Notes: generated by a model from the letters alone, not told the origin. A stretch of DNA of 64,000 nt from Oscillospiraceae bacterium (GCA_015068525.1 SVKJ01000003.1:9779-73778); one strand, 5' to 3'; numbered from the stretch's first letter, positions 10,317 through 19,870 are shown. Translations and numbers: made by a program.

Positions 10317-10365
10317 CCCACTCATATACATAAAAGTAAGAATGTATGTGAGTGGGTGGTTTTTT
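10317..10365 (+). terminator. strong rho-independent terminator after ytfJ, overlapping the dacB start region
   Basis: 15-bp stem cccactcatatacat / atgtatgtgagtggg (one G-U), loop aaaagtaaga, then tggtttttt. Confidence 0.8.
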
Positions 10366-11464
10366 GAAAAAAGTATTTTTCATTTTAATATTATCATTGT
10401 TTTACAGTACTGAAAGTTTTGCGTTTTCAGATATTTCGGCTAAATCTTATGTTGTAATGGAACAATCTACAAACTCTGTTATATTTTCTAAAAATATGAA
10501 TGTCCGTATGAAACCTGCGAGCACAACTAAAATTCTTACCGCTATTTGTGCTGTTGAAAATGCTAGGCTTACTGATTTGGTTACAGTATCAAAAAATGCG
10601 GCATATCAGGAAGGATCTTCAATGTATCTTAAAGAGGGCGATAAAGTTACACTTGAAAATCTTGTATACGGTCTTATGTTAAATTCAGGAAATGATGCAG
10701 CGGTCGCAATAGCGGAACATATAGGCGGGAGCGTAGAAAAATTTTCAAATATAATGAACAATAAGGCAAAGGATATCGGTGCCGTAAATTCAAACTTTGA
10801 AAATCCGAACGGACTCGATTCGGATGAACATTATGTAACGGCTTACGACCTTGCTCTGATAACCTCATATTGTCTTAATAATGAAAAGTTTTCTGAGATT
10901 GTAGCAACAAAAAGTAAAGTTATAAAAGGTAATGACGGACTTAATAAATATTTGTCAAACCATAATAAAATGCTTCATACATATCCTGATTGTATTGGCG
11001 TTAAAACAGGATTTACCAAAAAATCAGGACGTACATTAGTTACCTCAGCAAAAAAAGACGGTATAAAAATTATTGTTGTAACACTTAATGCTCCTAACGA
11101 TTGGAGTGATCATAAAAAACTTCTTGACAGAGGTTTTTTATCTGTCGAAAAAGAGAAAATAATTGATAACACAAAAGTTGTTGGCGAGGTTAATATAAAA
11201 GGCGGAACTAAAGAAAAGGTTTCTGTTAAATGCGAAGAAGAATTTTATGGTGTAAAAATAAAAGGAAACGATGAAACTTACGATGTAGTGTATAAATATG
11301 ATAAATTAAAAGCACCTGTTATAAGTATGCAAAAAGCAGGGGAAGCCTTAGTTTATAAAAACGGAAAAGAAATATTTAAAACAAATCTTTTAACAACCGA
11401 AGATGTAGAAAAGAAAAAAGGTTTTTCAATTATAGAATTTATAAAAAGGATATTTAAATTATGA
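10352..11464 (+). CDS. dacB: D-alanyl-D-alanine carboxypeptidase (peptidase S11, sporulation DacB-like)
   Basis: SxxK (PASTTK), SxN (NSGND) and KTG (VKTGFT) motifs; signal peptide. Start is GTG 10352 or TTG 10364 (giving MKKVFFILIL...). scpA-scpB-x-dacB order matches B. subtilis. Confidence 0.88.
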   Translation: MGGFLKKVFFILILSLFYSTESFAFSDISAKSYVVMEQSTNSVIFSKNMNVRMKPASTTKILTAICAVENARLTDLVTVSKNAAYQEGSSMYLKEGDKVTLENLVYGLMLNSGNDAAVAIAEHIGGSVEKFSNIMNNKAKDIGAVNSNFENPNGLDSDEHYVTAYDLALITSYCLNNEKFSEIVATKSKVIKGNDGLNKYLSNHNKMLHTYPDCIGVKTGFTKKSGRTLVTSAKKDGIKIIVVTLNAPNDWSDHKKLLDRGFLSVEKEKIIDNTKVVGEVNIKGGTKEKVSVKCEEEFYGVKIKGNDETYDVVYKYDKLKAPVISMQKAGEALVYKNGKEIFKTNLLTTEDVEKKKGFSIIEFIKRIFKL

Positions 11465-12156
11465 TAAGACTGCAAAAATATATAAGTAATTCAGGAGTAA
11501 CTTCAAGAAGAAAGGCGGAAGAATTGATTTCTCAGGGAAGAGTGAAGGTTAACGGAATTGTTGCAACTTTAGGTTGCAGCGTTGATGAAACAACGGATAT
11601 TGTTGAAATTGATTCGAAAGTTATTTCAAGAGAAGAAAATAAAGTATATATAATGCTTAATAAACCAACAGGATACCTCTCAAGTGTAACTGATGACAGG
11701 GGCAGAAAAACTGTTGTTGATTTAATTGATATAAAAGAACGCATCTTTCCTGTGGGAAGGCTTGATTACGATACCGAAGGGCTTCTTTTATTAACTAATG
11801 ATGGAGAGTTTACATATAAAATTACCCATCCTAAATTTGAGATAACTAAAACTTATGTTGCAACCCTTAACAAAAAGGTAAATTCCAAAGACTTAGAATG
11901 TTTATTAAAAGGTGTAAAAATAGAAGATTATATTGCGAAAGCAAAAGAAATCAGTTTAATAAATGAGGAAAAAAACGAGGTTTTAATTACCATATCACAG
12001 GGTAAAAACAGACAAGTAAGAAAAATGTTTGAAAAAATAGGATATAAAGTTGTAACTTTAAAAAGAATAAGTATAGGAAAACTTATGCTTGGAACACTAA
12101 AGACGGGCGAGTGGAAAACTTTATCTTTAAAAGAATTGGACAGGCTTATAAAATAA
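11461..12156 (+). CDS. rluB: 23S rRNA pseudouridine synthase (RluB/RsuA family)
   Basis: N-terminal S4 domain (RLQKYISNSGVTSRRKAEELI) and catalytic motif GRLDYDTEGLLLLTNDG. Confidence 0.9.
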   Translation: MIRLQKYISNSGVTSRRKAEELISQGRVKVNGIVATLGCSVDETTDIVEIDSKVISREENKVYIMLNKPTGYLSSVTDDRGRKTVVDLIDIKERIFPVGRLDYDTEGLLLLTNDGEFTYKITHPKFEITKTYVATLNKKVNSKDLECLLKGVKIEDYIAKAKEISLINEEKNEVLITISQGKNRQVRKMFEKIGYKVVTLKRISIGKLMLGTLKTGEWKTLSLKELDRLIK

Positions 12157-12164
12157 TTTGGTTT

Positions 12165-12199
12165 ATTTTGTCAAAAGGTATTGATTATTTGACAAAAAT
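12165..12199. promoter_or_regulatory. inverted repeat (candidate operator) overlapping the -35 region of the decarboxylase operon
   Basis: ATTTTGTCAAA (12165-12175), 13-nt spacer, TTTGACAAAAAT (12188-12199). The right arm contains TTGACA. Confidence 0.35.
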
Positions 12200-12296
12200 G
12201 GTATAAAATATTATATGTGGAAGAAATTGAATTTGTAATAGAATTTTTTTAATTTTATTGCAAATTTTAGTCTATAAAATGATTAGGAGGAGTAAA

Positions 12297-13787
12297 ATGG
12301 ATAATCTTGAAAAACTTAAAATCTTCCGTGAAAAATCTTCTCAGAAAGAAAGCGGAGGAAAAGCAAAGGAAAGACTTGAAATGCTGTTTGATGACGGTAC
12401 TTTTATCGAAACAGATTCTTTCTTAAAAAACAGAAATGAACTTACCGGTAAAACAAACTATGCAGACGGAGTAATTGCAGGTTACGGTACAGTTATGGGT
12501 AAACTTGTTTATGCATATTCTCAGGACTATGCTGTTCTTAACGGTTCACTCAGTGAAATGAACTGTAAAAAAATTGCTAAAGTTTATGATATGGCATTAA
12601 AAACAGGAGCACCTGTAGTTTCAGTAATTGATTGTGGAGGTATCAGACTTGATGATGGTCTTGATGCACTTTCTTCATATAATGAAGTTATGAAAAAAGC
12701 AGTTGATGCTTCAGGACTTGTTCCTCAGATTTCTATGGTTTTAGGAGTTTGCGGAGGAAGTATGTCATTTATACCTGCTGTTTCTGATTTTGTAATTATG
12801 TCAGAAGATAAAGGCGAAATGTATATTACAAGTAAAGAAGTATTAAAAGGTGTTAATAACGAAACTTGCGATGATTTTGGTACTGCAGCTTTCAATGCTA
12901 AAAATGGATCTTGTAATTTTACTGCAAAAAATGACGAAGAAGCATTTCTTACTGTTAAAAATTTATTGAAATTCCTTCCTTCAAATTATTTTGAAGAAGC
13001 AGAAATTTTAGATACAGCGGATGACTTTAACAGAGCAACTTCTGATATAATAAATATTATTCCATCTGATGATAAATCTTTATTTGATATTAAAGATATT
13101 ATTAAATCAGTTGCAGATAACTGTGAATTTTTGGAAGTGTCAGAAAACTATGCTAAAAATATGGTAACAGGTTTTGTAAAACTTGGTGGTATTTCTGTTG
13201 GTGTTGTTGCTAATCAGCCTAATGAAAACGGTGGGGTTATCGATAACCTTGGAGCGAAAAAAGCGGCAGATTTTGTTACTAAATGTGACAGTTTCAATAT
13301 CCCTGTTCTTTCATTTACAGATTCAGAAGGCTTTGAAGTATCAATGGCTGACGAAAAATGGGGTATGATTAAGGATGTTGCCAAACTTGGTTTTGCATTT
13401 GCAAACGCATCTGTTGCAAAAGTTAATGTAGTTGTAAGAAAAGCATACGGTGCAGCATACCTGTATATGAATTCAAAACAAATGGGTGCAGACCTTTCTT
13501 ATGCGTTACCGACTGCTATTATAACATCAACAACTCCTGAAGTTGCACTTAATATGTTATATGAAGAAGAAATTAAAAAATATGACGATCCTAAATTAGG
13601 AAGAGAAGAAATTATGGCAAAATACAGAGATGAAGTTGCATCACCTTATGAAGCTGCAAAGAGAGGTTATATTGATGATGTTGTTGATCCTGAATATTTA
13701 AGACCTGTTTTAGTAAGTGCTTTTGATGTTCTTCTTACAAAAAGAGAAGATATAATTGATAAAAAGCATGGCAATCTTCCAGTATAA
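12297..13787 (+). CDS. acyl-CoA carboxyltransferase subunit (methylmalonyl-CoA decarboxylase alpha / transcarboxylase 12S-like)
   Basis: Carboxyl-transferase-domain protein (about 497 aa from ATG 12297, SD AGGAGG). The tracked ORF start at 12258 lacks an SD. Confidence 0.85.
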   Translation: MDNLEKLKIFREKSSQKESGGKAKERLEMLFDDGTFIETDSFLKNRNELTGKTNYADGVIAGYGTVMGKLVYAYSQDYAVLNGSLSEMNCKKIAKVYDMALKTGAPVVSVIDCGGIRLDDGLDALSSYNEVMKKAVDASGLVPQISMVLGVCGGSMSFIPAVSDFVIMSEDKGEMYITSKEVLKGVNNETCDDFGTAAFNAKNGSCNFTAKNDEEAFLTVKNLLKFLPSNYFEEAEILDTADDFNRATSDIINIIPSDDKSLFDIKDIIKSVADNCEFLEVSENYAKNMVTGFVKLGGISVGVVANQPNENGGVIDNLGAKKAADFVTKCDSFNIPVLSFTDSEGFEVSMADEKWGMIKDVAKLGFAFANASVAKVNVVVRKAYGAAYLYMNSKQMGADLSYALPTAIITSTTPEVALNMLYEEEIKKYDDPKLGREEIMAKYRDEVASPYEAAKRGYIDDVVDPEYLRPVLVSAFDVLLTKREDIIDKKHGNLPV

Positions 13788-13802
13788 TGCGGGGTGAGAA
13801 GT

Positions 13803-14129
13803 ATGGATAAAATGGGCGAAGGTGTTGTAACTTTAGTTATAGGTATGACGATAGTTTTTTCAGTACTAATACTTCTTTGGTTAATTCTTCTTGGATTTGA
13901 AAAGGTTTTTTATACAATACCAATGAAGAAAAAAGAAAAAGAAAAAGTAAAAGTAAAAGAAACTAAAAGCGAAGTTTTAAATGTTGCACCTGTAGCAAAT
14001 AACTCTACTATGGAAGACGATACAGAACTTATAGCAGTAATTACTGCAGCAATATGTTCTCTTACAGGTCAGAGTGCATCTAAATTTAATATTAAATCAA
14101 TAAAAAGAATAAGTAATTGGAATAAATAG
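13803..14129 (+). CDS. OadG-family small membrane subunit (gamma/delta) of a Na+-translocating decarboxylase
   Basis: Single N-terminal TM helix VVTLVIGMTIVFSVLILLWLILL. The start is uncertain: GTG 13794 or ATG 13803 (SD GGGGTGAG). Confidence 0.75.
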   Translation: MDKMGEGVVTLVIGMTIVFSVLILLWLILLGFEKVFYTIPMKKKEKEKVKVKETKSEVLNVAPVANNSTMEDDTELIAVITAAICSLTGQSASKFNIKSIKRISNWNK

Positions 14130-14144
14130 ACGGAGGATAAAAAA

Positions 14145-14513
14145 ATGAAAAGTTATATAATCAGTGTAAACGGAAAATCTTACGATGTAACAGTTGAAGA
14201 AGTTGGTGCAGCTATATCTGCTCCTCAGGTTGCTGTTTCTGCTCCTGTTGTTTCTGCTCCGAAAGCAGCACCTCAGGCAGCACCGGTTAGTTCTGCTAAC
14301 GGAAAAAAAGTTGAAGCGCCTATGCCAGGTACAATTTTGAAATTAAATGTAGGTGTTGGAGATACAGTTTCTGAAGGTCAGGCAATTGCAGTTTTAGAAG
14401 CAATGAAAATGGAAAATGATATTCCTGCTCCTTGTGCAGGTAAAGTGCTTTCAATTGATGTTGCAGTAGGTGGAACTGTTGAAACCGGAACTGTTATTGC
14501 TGTTATTGGTTAA
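14145..14513 (+). CDS. biotin carboxyl carrier protein (biotinyl domain, 1.3S-like)
   Basis: 122 aa; Ala/Pro-rich linker and the biotinylation motif EAMKMEN. Confidence 0.9.
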   Translation: MKSYIISVNGKSYDVTVEEVGAAISAPQVAVSAPVVSAPKAAPQAAPVSSANGKKVEAPMPGTILKLNVGVGDTVSEGQAIAVLEAMKMENDIPAPCAGKVLSIDVAVGGTVETGTVIAVIG

Positions 14514-14556
14514 TGTGCAAAAAATATAACAGTTAATAATAAGGGAGGTTATGTTC

Positions 14557-15741
14557 ATGAATATTGGCTCAAGTTTAATAGATTTTTTAAGCAGTATGGG
14601 CATACTTTCTATAACATGGCAACAGGCACTTATGATAGTTATATCCTGTGTGCTTTTATATCTTGCTATTGTAAAAGAATATGAACCAATGCTTTTATTA
14701 CCGATTGCTTTCGGTATGTTACTTACAAATATTCCGAATTCCGGAGTATATCATCCTGAATTCTTTCAACTTCAGGAAGATGGCTCGTCAATGGTGCCTT
14801 TTAGTCAGTTGGTTAAAAAAGGTGGCTTGTTTGACTTTTTATATCTTGGGGTTAAATTTGGTATATATCCGCCGCTTATCTTTATGGGCGTTGGAGCAAT
14901 GACCGATTTCGGTCCTTTAATCTCGAACCCTAAAAGTTTATTCTTAGGTGCAGCGGCACAACTTGGAGTTTTTGTTACTTTCTTTGGCTCTTTGCTTTTA
15001 GGTTTTACAGTCGAAGAAGCAGCATCTATTGGTATTATAGGTGGAGCTGACGGCCCTACTGCTATCTTTGTTACAAAAACTTTAGCACCACATCTTCTTT
15101 CTGCTATTGCAGTTGCAGCTTATTCATATATGGCGCTTATTCCTATTATTCAACCGCCAATTATGAAAGCGCTTACAACTAAGAAAGAAAGAGAAATTGT
15201 TATGGAACAGTTAAGACCTGTTTCTAAAACGGAAAAAATTATTTTCCCTATAGCAGTAACAATTGTTATTACACTTATTTTACCTGATGCAACACCACTT
15301 GTTGGTATGCTTATGCTTGGTAACTTAATGAAAGAATGTGGCGTGGTTGACAGATTATCTAAAACTGCTCAGAACGAACTTATGAATATAGTAACAATTT
15401 GTCTTGGTACAAGCGTTGGCGCAACAGCAGTTGCATCGAACTTTTTAAGTTTTGGTACTATTAAAATAATTGTTATGGGACTTGTTGCATTTGCAATAAG
15501 TACAGCAGGAGGACTACTGCTTGGTAAACTTATGTGTAAACTATCAGGCGGTAAAATCAATCCGCTTATCGGTTCTGCGGGTGTATCTGCAGTTCCAATG
15601 GCAGCGCGTATGTCACAAAAAGTCGGACAGGAAGCAAATCCTAAAAACTTCCTTCTTATGCACGCTATGGGTCCGAACGTTGCGGGTGTTATAGGTTCTG
15701 CAGTTGCTGCAGGCGTATTCTTATCAATGTATGCTAAATAA
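14557..15741 (+). CDS. Na+-translocating decarboxylase beta subunit (OadB/MmdB/GcdB family)
   Basis: Polytopic membrane protein of about 394 aa with typical OadB blocks (GADGPTAIF, SAGVSAVPMAAR). ATG 14557 has better SD spacing (GGGAGG, 8 nt) than ATG 14551. Confidence 0.88.
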   Translation: MNIGSSLIDFLSSMGILSITWQQALMIVISCVLLYLAIVKEYEPMLLLPIAFGMLLTNIPNSGVYHPEFFQLQEDGSSMVPFSQLVKKGGLFDFLYLGVKFGIYPPLIFMGVGAMTDFGPLISNPKSLFLGAAAQLGVFVTFFGSLLLGFTVEEAASIGIIGGADGPTAIFVTKTLAPHLLSAIAVAAYSYMALIPIIQPPIMKALTTKKEREIVMEQLRPVSKTEKIIFPIAVTIVITLILPDATPLVGMLMLGNLMKECGVVDRLSKTAQNELMNIVTICLGTSVGATAVASNFLSFGTIKIIVMGLVAFAISTAGGLLLGKLMCKLSGGKINPLIGSAGVSAVPMAARMSQKVGQEANPKNFLLMHAMGPNVAGVIGSAVAAGVFLSMYAK

Positions 15742-15754
15742 AGGAGAATAGATT

Positions 15755-17152
15755 ATGAGTAAAGTTGGAATTACCGAAACTATCCTAAGAGATGCTCATC
15801 AGTCACAAATCGCTACAAGAATGACAACGGATCAAATCTTACCGATAGTTGAAAAATTAGATAAAATAGGTTATCATTCCTTAGAATGTTGGGGGGGAGC
15901 AACTTTTGACTCCTGCTTAAGATTTTTAAATGAAGATCCATGGGAAAGGCTTAGAAAAATTAAATCAAAAGCACCTAATACAAAACTTCAGATGTTATTC
16001 AGGGGTCAGAATGTTTTAGGTTACAGACACTATGCTGACGATGTTGTTGAATATTTTGTTCAAAAATCAATTGCCAACGGTATTGATATTTTAAGAATAT
16101 TTGACGCTCTTAACGATGTAAGAAATCTTCAGACTGCAATTAAAGCAGCCCAAAAAGAAAAAGGTCACGTTCAGGCAACAGTATGTTATACTATAAGCCC
16201 TGTTCATAACGTTGAATCTTTTGTTAAAATGGCAAAAGAATTAGAAGAAATGGGAGCAAACTCAATCTGTATCAAAGATATGGCAGGTCTTCTTACACCT
16301 TACGCTGCTTATGATTTAGTAAAAGCAATGAAAGAAGAGGTTAAAATTCCTCTTCAACTTCACACTCACTATACATCAGGTGTTGCTTCTATGACATACT
16401 TAAAAGCAATTGAAGCAGGTATTGACGTTGTTGATACTGCTATGTCACCATTTGCTTTAGGTACAAGCCAGCCTGCAACTGAACCAATGGTTGCTACACT
16501 TCAGGGCACAGAATATGATACAGGTATTGACCTTGATAAATTATCAGAAATTACTGATTATTTCAGTGCTTTAAGAGAAAAGGCACTTGCATCAGGTCTT
16601 TTAGATCCAAAAGTTTTAAAAGTTGATATAAATACTTTAAAATATCAGGTTCCTGGCGGAATGTTATCAAACCTTGTTTCTCAACTTAAACAGGCAGGTA
16701 AAGAAGATAAGTTTGACGAAGTTTTAAAAGAAGTTCCAAGAGTAAGAGAAGAATTAGGATTCCCTCCTCTTGTTACTCCTACAAGCCAGATTGTAGGTAC
16801 TCAGGCAGTTCTTAATGTAATCAGCGGAGAAAGATATAAAATGATTTCCAATGAAACAAAAGGTCTGGTAAGAGGCGAATATGGTAAAACACCTGTTGAA
16901 ATTAAACCTGAAATCATTGAAAAAATTATCGGTTCTGAAGAAAGAATTACATGCCGTCCTGCTGACAAAATTGCACCTGAACTTGATAAACTAAGAAATG
17001 ATGCAAAACAGTATATCGAACAGGACGAAGATGTACTATCTTATGCATTATTCGATAAGGTTGCAGTTAAATTCTTTGAACAAAGAAAAGCAGAAAAGTA
17101 TAAAATGGATGTTGCACATATGGATAACACCAATAAGATTCATACTGTTTAA
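15755..17152 (+). CDS. oxaloacetate decarboxylase alpha / pyruvate carboxylase subunit B-type carboxyltransferase (5S-like), without a biotinyl domain
   Basis: 465 aa; ITETILRDAHQS..., HTHYTSGVA (HMGL-like TIM barrel plus PYC_OADA domain). The C-terminus lacks an AMKM motif. Confidence 0.88.
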   Translation: MSKVGITETILRDAHQSQIATRMTTDQILPIVEKLDKIGYHSLECWGGATFDSCLRFLNEDPWERLRKIKSKAPNTKLQMLFRGQNVLGYRHYADDVVEYFVQKSIANGIDILRIFDALNDVRNLQTAIKAAQKEKGHVQATVCYTISPVHNVESFVKMAKELEEMGANSICIKDMAGLLTPYAAYDLVKAMKEEVKIPLQLHTHYTSGVASMTYLKAIEAGIDVVDTAMSPFALGTSQPATEPMVATLQGTEYDTGIDLDKLSEITDYFSALREKALASGLLDPKVLKVDINTLKYQVPGGMLSNLVSQLKQAGKEDKFDEVLKEVPRVREELGFPPLVTPTSQIVGTQAVLNVISGERYKMISNETKGLVRGEYGKTPVEIKPEIIEKIIGSEERITCRPADKIAPELDKLRNDAKQYIEQDEDVLSYALFDKVAVKFFEQRKAEKYKMDVAHMDNTNKIHTV

Positions 17153-17170
17153 TAGTGAAGATATAAAAAA

Positions 17171-17198
17171 GAGGATGCAAATGCATCCTCTATTTTTG
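17171..17198 (+). terminator. rho-independent terminator of the decarboxylase operon
   Basis: gaggatgca-aa-tgcatcctc followed by tatttttg. Confidence 0.85.
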
Positions 17199-17305
17199 TC
17201 TTAAATTATTTACACAATTGTAATATATTTGTATTTGTTTTTTGTCGAAAAATATTGTATAATGTAAATGTGTAATTGTATCCAAAAAATAAAAAGGAGG
17301 ACAAA

Positions 17306-18709
17306 ATGAAAAAGAAAAATTTTATAGCACTTCTTTTAGTAATATTTTTTCTTGTAAATATAATTGCAATACTTATCCCTGTATTTGTAAGAGCAGAAGA
17401 TGAAATTAAAATATATTTTAATGATAATAGAATTACAAGCGATGTTTCTCCCGTTATTTTTAATGACAGGGTTTTAGTTCCTGTCAGAATGATTTTTGAA
17501 GCGATAGATGCAAAAGTATCATGGGATGGTGTAAATAAAAGAGTAACAATAATAAATAAAGATGATGTTTTTAAATTTACGATAAATAGTGATATGGCAT
17601 ATATAAATAACAAAAAGTTTCAACTTGATACATCTGCAAAACTGATTTCGGACCGTACGTTTATACCTTTAAGATTTTTAGCAGAAAACAGTGGATTGAA
17701 AGTAGAATGGAAAGATAGTGAGCGTTCGGTATATCTTTACGGAAAAAAAGAGGAAGAGAAAGAAGAGGTAGATACAGAATATAATTATATAACTGATGCC
17801 GATGCTGAAAGTTCCTCTGTAATTTTTACTTTTAAAAATGAAAAAATAACTTATAAAAAAAGTGTATTAGAAGACCCTGTTCGTCTTGTTTTAGATATTG
17901 AAAACTGCATAAAAGATGTTAATAAGGAATTTGAAATTGATAGTGAATATTATAATGCACTAAGATATTCTCAGTTTTCCAACGACCCGATGGTTTCAAG
18001 AATAGTGGTTGAACTTGTGGATAAAACAGAATATGAAATTGAAGTTTCAGATAACGAACTTAAAATAAATTTCTTCTTTGAGGGCGAAGAAAAAGAAGAT
18101 GATGAGATTAAATATGAAGAACCTGAAATAAATAAAAAATATAAAACTGTCGTTATAGATGCAGGGCATGGAGGAAAAGATCCCGGCGCTCTTGGTATGG
18201 ACGGAAAAAAAATAGTTTTAAAAGAAAAAGATGTTAATCTTGATATTGCATTAAGAGTGTATAATAAACTAAAAAAAGAAAAAGTTAATGTATATATGAC
18301 CCGTTCTACCGATGAATTTTTAGAACTTTCAGAAATTGTAGAATTTGCAAACAGTAAGAATGCAGATTTGCTTGTCAGTTGCCATAATAATGCAGCAGAG
18401 AATACTGATTTGAGCGGAACTATGGTAATGTATGCCTATGATGAACCTAAAGACGGTCATGAACTTTCAGGATATGATGTTGCAAAAACTGTTCAGAAAC
18501 ATCTTGTTAAAGCAACGAAAGCGTATGATTTCGGGCCAAGAAAAAATTCTGCACTCTATATTATAAGAAAAGCGAATATGCCCGCAATAATTACTGAGTC
18601 GCTTTTTATAACAAATGAAGATGACCTTAAAAAACTTATGGACGAAAAATATATAGAAAATATTGCAGATGCAATATATAAAGGTATATGTGAAGTATTG
18701 GAGTTATAA
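17306..18709 (+). CDS. N-acetylmuramoyl-L-alanine amidase (Amidase_3) with N-terminal copper-amine-oxidase-like stalk domain and AMIN-like domain
   Basis: ATG 17306 with SD AAAGGAGG; signal/TM segment; RVLVPVRMIFEAIDAKVSWD and RTFIPLRFLAENSGLKVEW repeats; catalytic block VVIDAGHGGKDPGA..., SCHNNA, ESLFITNEDD. Confidence 0.88.
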   Translation: MKKKNFIALLLVIFFLVNIIAILIPVFVRAEDEIKIYFNDNRITSDVSPVIFNDRVLVPVRMIFEAIDAKVSWDGVNKRVTIINKDDVFKFTINSDMAYINNKKFQLDTSAKLISDRTFIPLRFLAENSGLKVEWKDSERSVYLYGKKEEEKEEVDTEYNYITDADAESSSVIFTFKNEKITYKKSVLEDPVRLVLDIENCIKDVNKEFEIDSEYYNALRYSQFSNDPMVSRIVVELVDKTEYEIEVSDNELKINFFFEGEEKEDDEIKYEEPEINKKYKTVVIDAGHGGKDPGALGMDGKKIVLKEKDVNLDIALRVYNKLKKEKVNVYMTRSTDEFLELSEIVEFANSKNADLLVSCHNNAAENTDLSGTMVMYAYDEPKDGHELSGYDVAKTVQKHLVKATKAYDFGPRKNSALYIIRKANMPAIITESLFITNEDDLKKLMDEKYIENIADAIYKGICEVLEL

Positions 18710-18711
18710 AA

Positions 18712-19848
18712 ATGAAAATAGGAATTTTGGGAGGAACATTTGACCCTGTTCACAAAGCGCATATAGAAATTGCTAAATTAAGTTATGAAAAGTTAGGACT
18801 TGATAAAGTAATTTTTATACCAAACGGTATTCCTCCTCATAAAAATAAAAGTTTAATATCCAAAGAAGATAAACTTAATATGTTAAATCTTGCAATAAAA
18901 GATTATCCTTATTTTTCGGTTGATACTTTTGAGATTGACAAAGAGGGAACATCTTTCCTTTATTTAACATTGGAATATCTTAATAAGAAATATCCGTCAG
19001 CAGACCTTTATTTTATAGCAGGGTCGGATAATCTTAAAACAATAACAACCTGGAAAAATCCACATATAATTTTTAAACTTTCAAATATCGTATTTGTTAA
19101 AAGGCCAAAATATAAATTGGATTTAAAATTTGCTGATCTTTTAAAAGAAAAGTATAATGGCAAAATATCTTTTATAGATTTTTCGGGAATAGATATTTCA
19201 TCAACAACTATAAGAGAAAAGTTTGAAAAATGCGAAGAGGTAAGTGAGTATTTAAGTTATGATGTGTATTCTTATATAGTAAAGAATTCTCTTTATCCAT
19301 TTAATCTTAGAAAAAAATTAGAAAAAATGCTTGATGAAAAAAGATTTATACACAGTAAAAATGTTGCAAAAGAAAGTTATAATCTTGCGTGTCATTATGG
19401 AGAAAACTATGAAAAAGCATATTACGCAGGACTTCTTCATGACTGTGCTAAAAAATTAGATTATGACGCGCAAATTAATATTATAAATAAGTATAATGAT
19501 TATGAACTTATGGAAAATGAACTTTCTTACCCTAAAGTTATTCATGCACTTACAGGAGCGTTGATTGCTAAATATGAATTTGGAATTTCGAATACTGAGA
19601 TTTTAAATGCTATAAGATATCACACTCTTGGCAGTGTGAAAATGTCAACACTCGATAAGATAGTTTATATTGCAGATTTAATTTCGGAGGACAGAATTTA
19701 TAAAGGTGTTGAAATTTTAAAAGATATGGCTTATAATAATATAGATAAGGCTATTTTAATGTCAATTGAGAATACGCTAAATTATCTTGACGATAAAAGA
19801 ATTCAGCCCGATGTATTAAAATTAAAAGAGATGTTAAGGCGATTATAA
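18712..19848 (+). CDS. nadD: fusion protein: nicotinate-nucleotide adenylyltransferase NadD plus YqeK HD-domain phosphohydrolase
   Basis: 378 aa; N-terminal GGTFDPVHKAH and ISSTTIRE (NadD); C-terminal half RFIHSKNVA...GLLHDCAK...RYHT (HD domain, YqeK). Confidence 0.88.
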   Translation: MKIGILGGTFDPVHKAHIEIAKLSYEKLGLDKVIFIPNGIPPHKNKSLISKEDKLNMLNLAIKDYPYFSVDTFEIDKEGTSFLYLTLEYLNKKYPSADLYFIAGSDNLKTITTWKNPHIIFKLSNIVFVKRPKYKLDLKFADLLKEKYNGKISFIDFSGIDISSTTIREKFEKCEEVSEYLSYDVYSYIVKNSLYPFNLRKKLEKMLDEKRFIHSKNVAKESYNLACHYGENYEKAYYAGLLHDCAKKLDYDAQINIINKYNDYELMENELSYPKVIHALTGALIAKYEFGISNTEILNAIRYHTLGSVKMSTLDKIVYIADLISEDRIYKGVEILKDMAYNNIDKAILMSIENTLNYLDDKRIQPDVLKLKEMLRRL

Positions 19849-19870
19849 GCCTAATATTATAAGGAGAAGA

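Noticed and set aside
17206-17613. 135-aa - strand ORF antisense to the amidase gene start.
   Set aside because: It overlaps a well-supported + strand gene and its promoter. It is low-complexity (Ile/Leu/Ser/Thr-rich), as expected from AT-rich antisense sequence.
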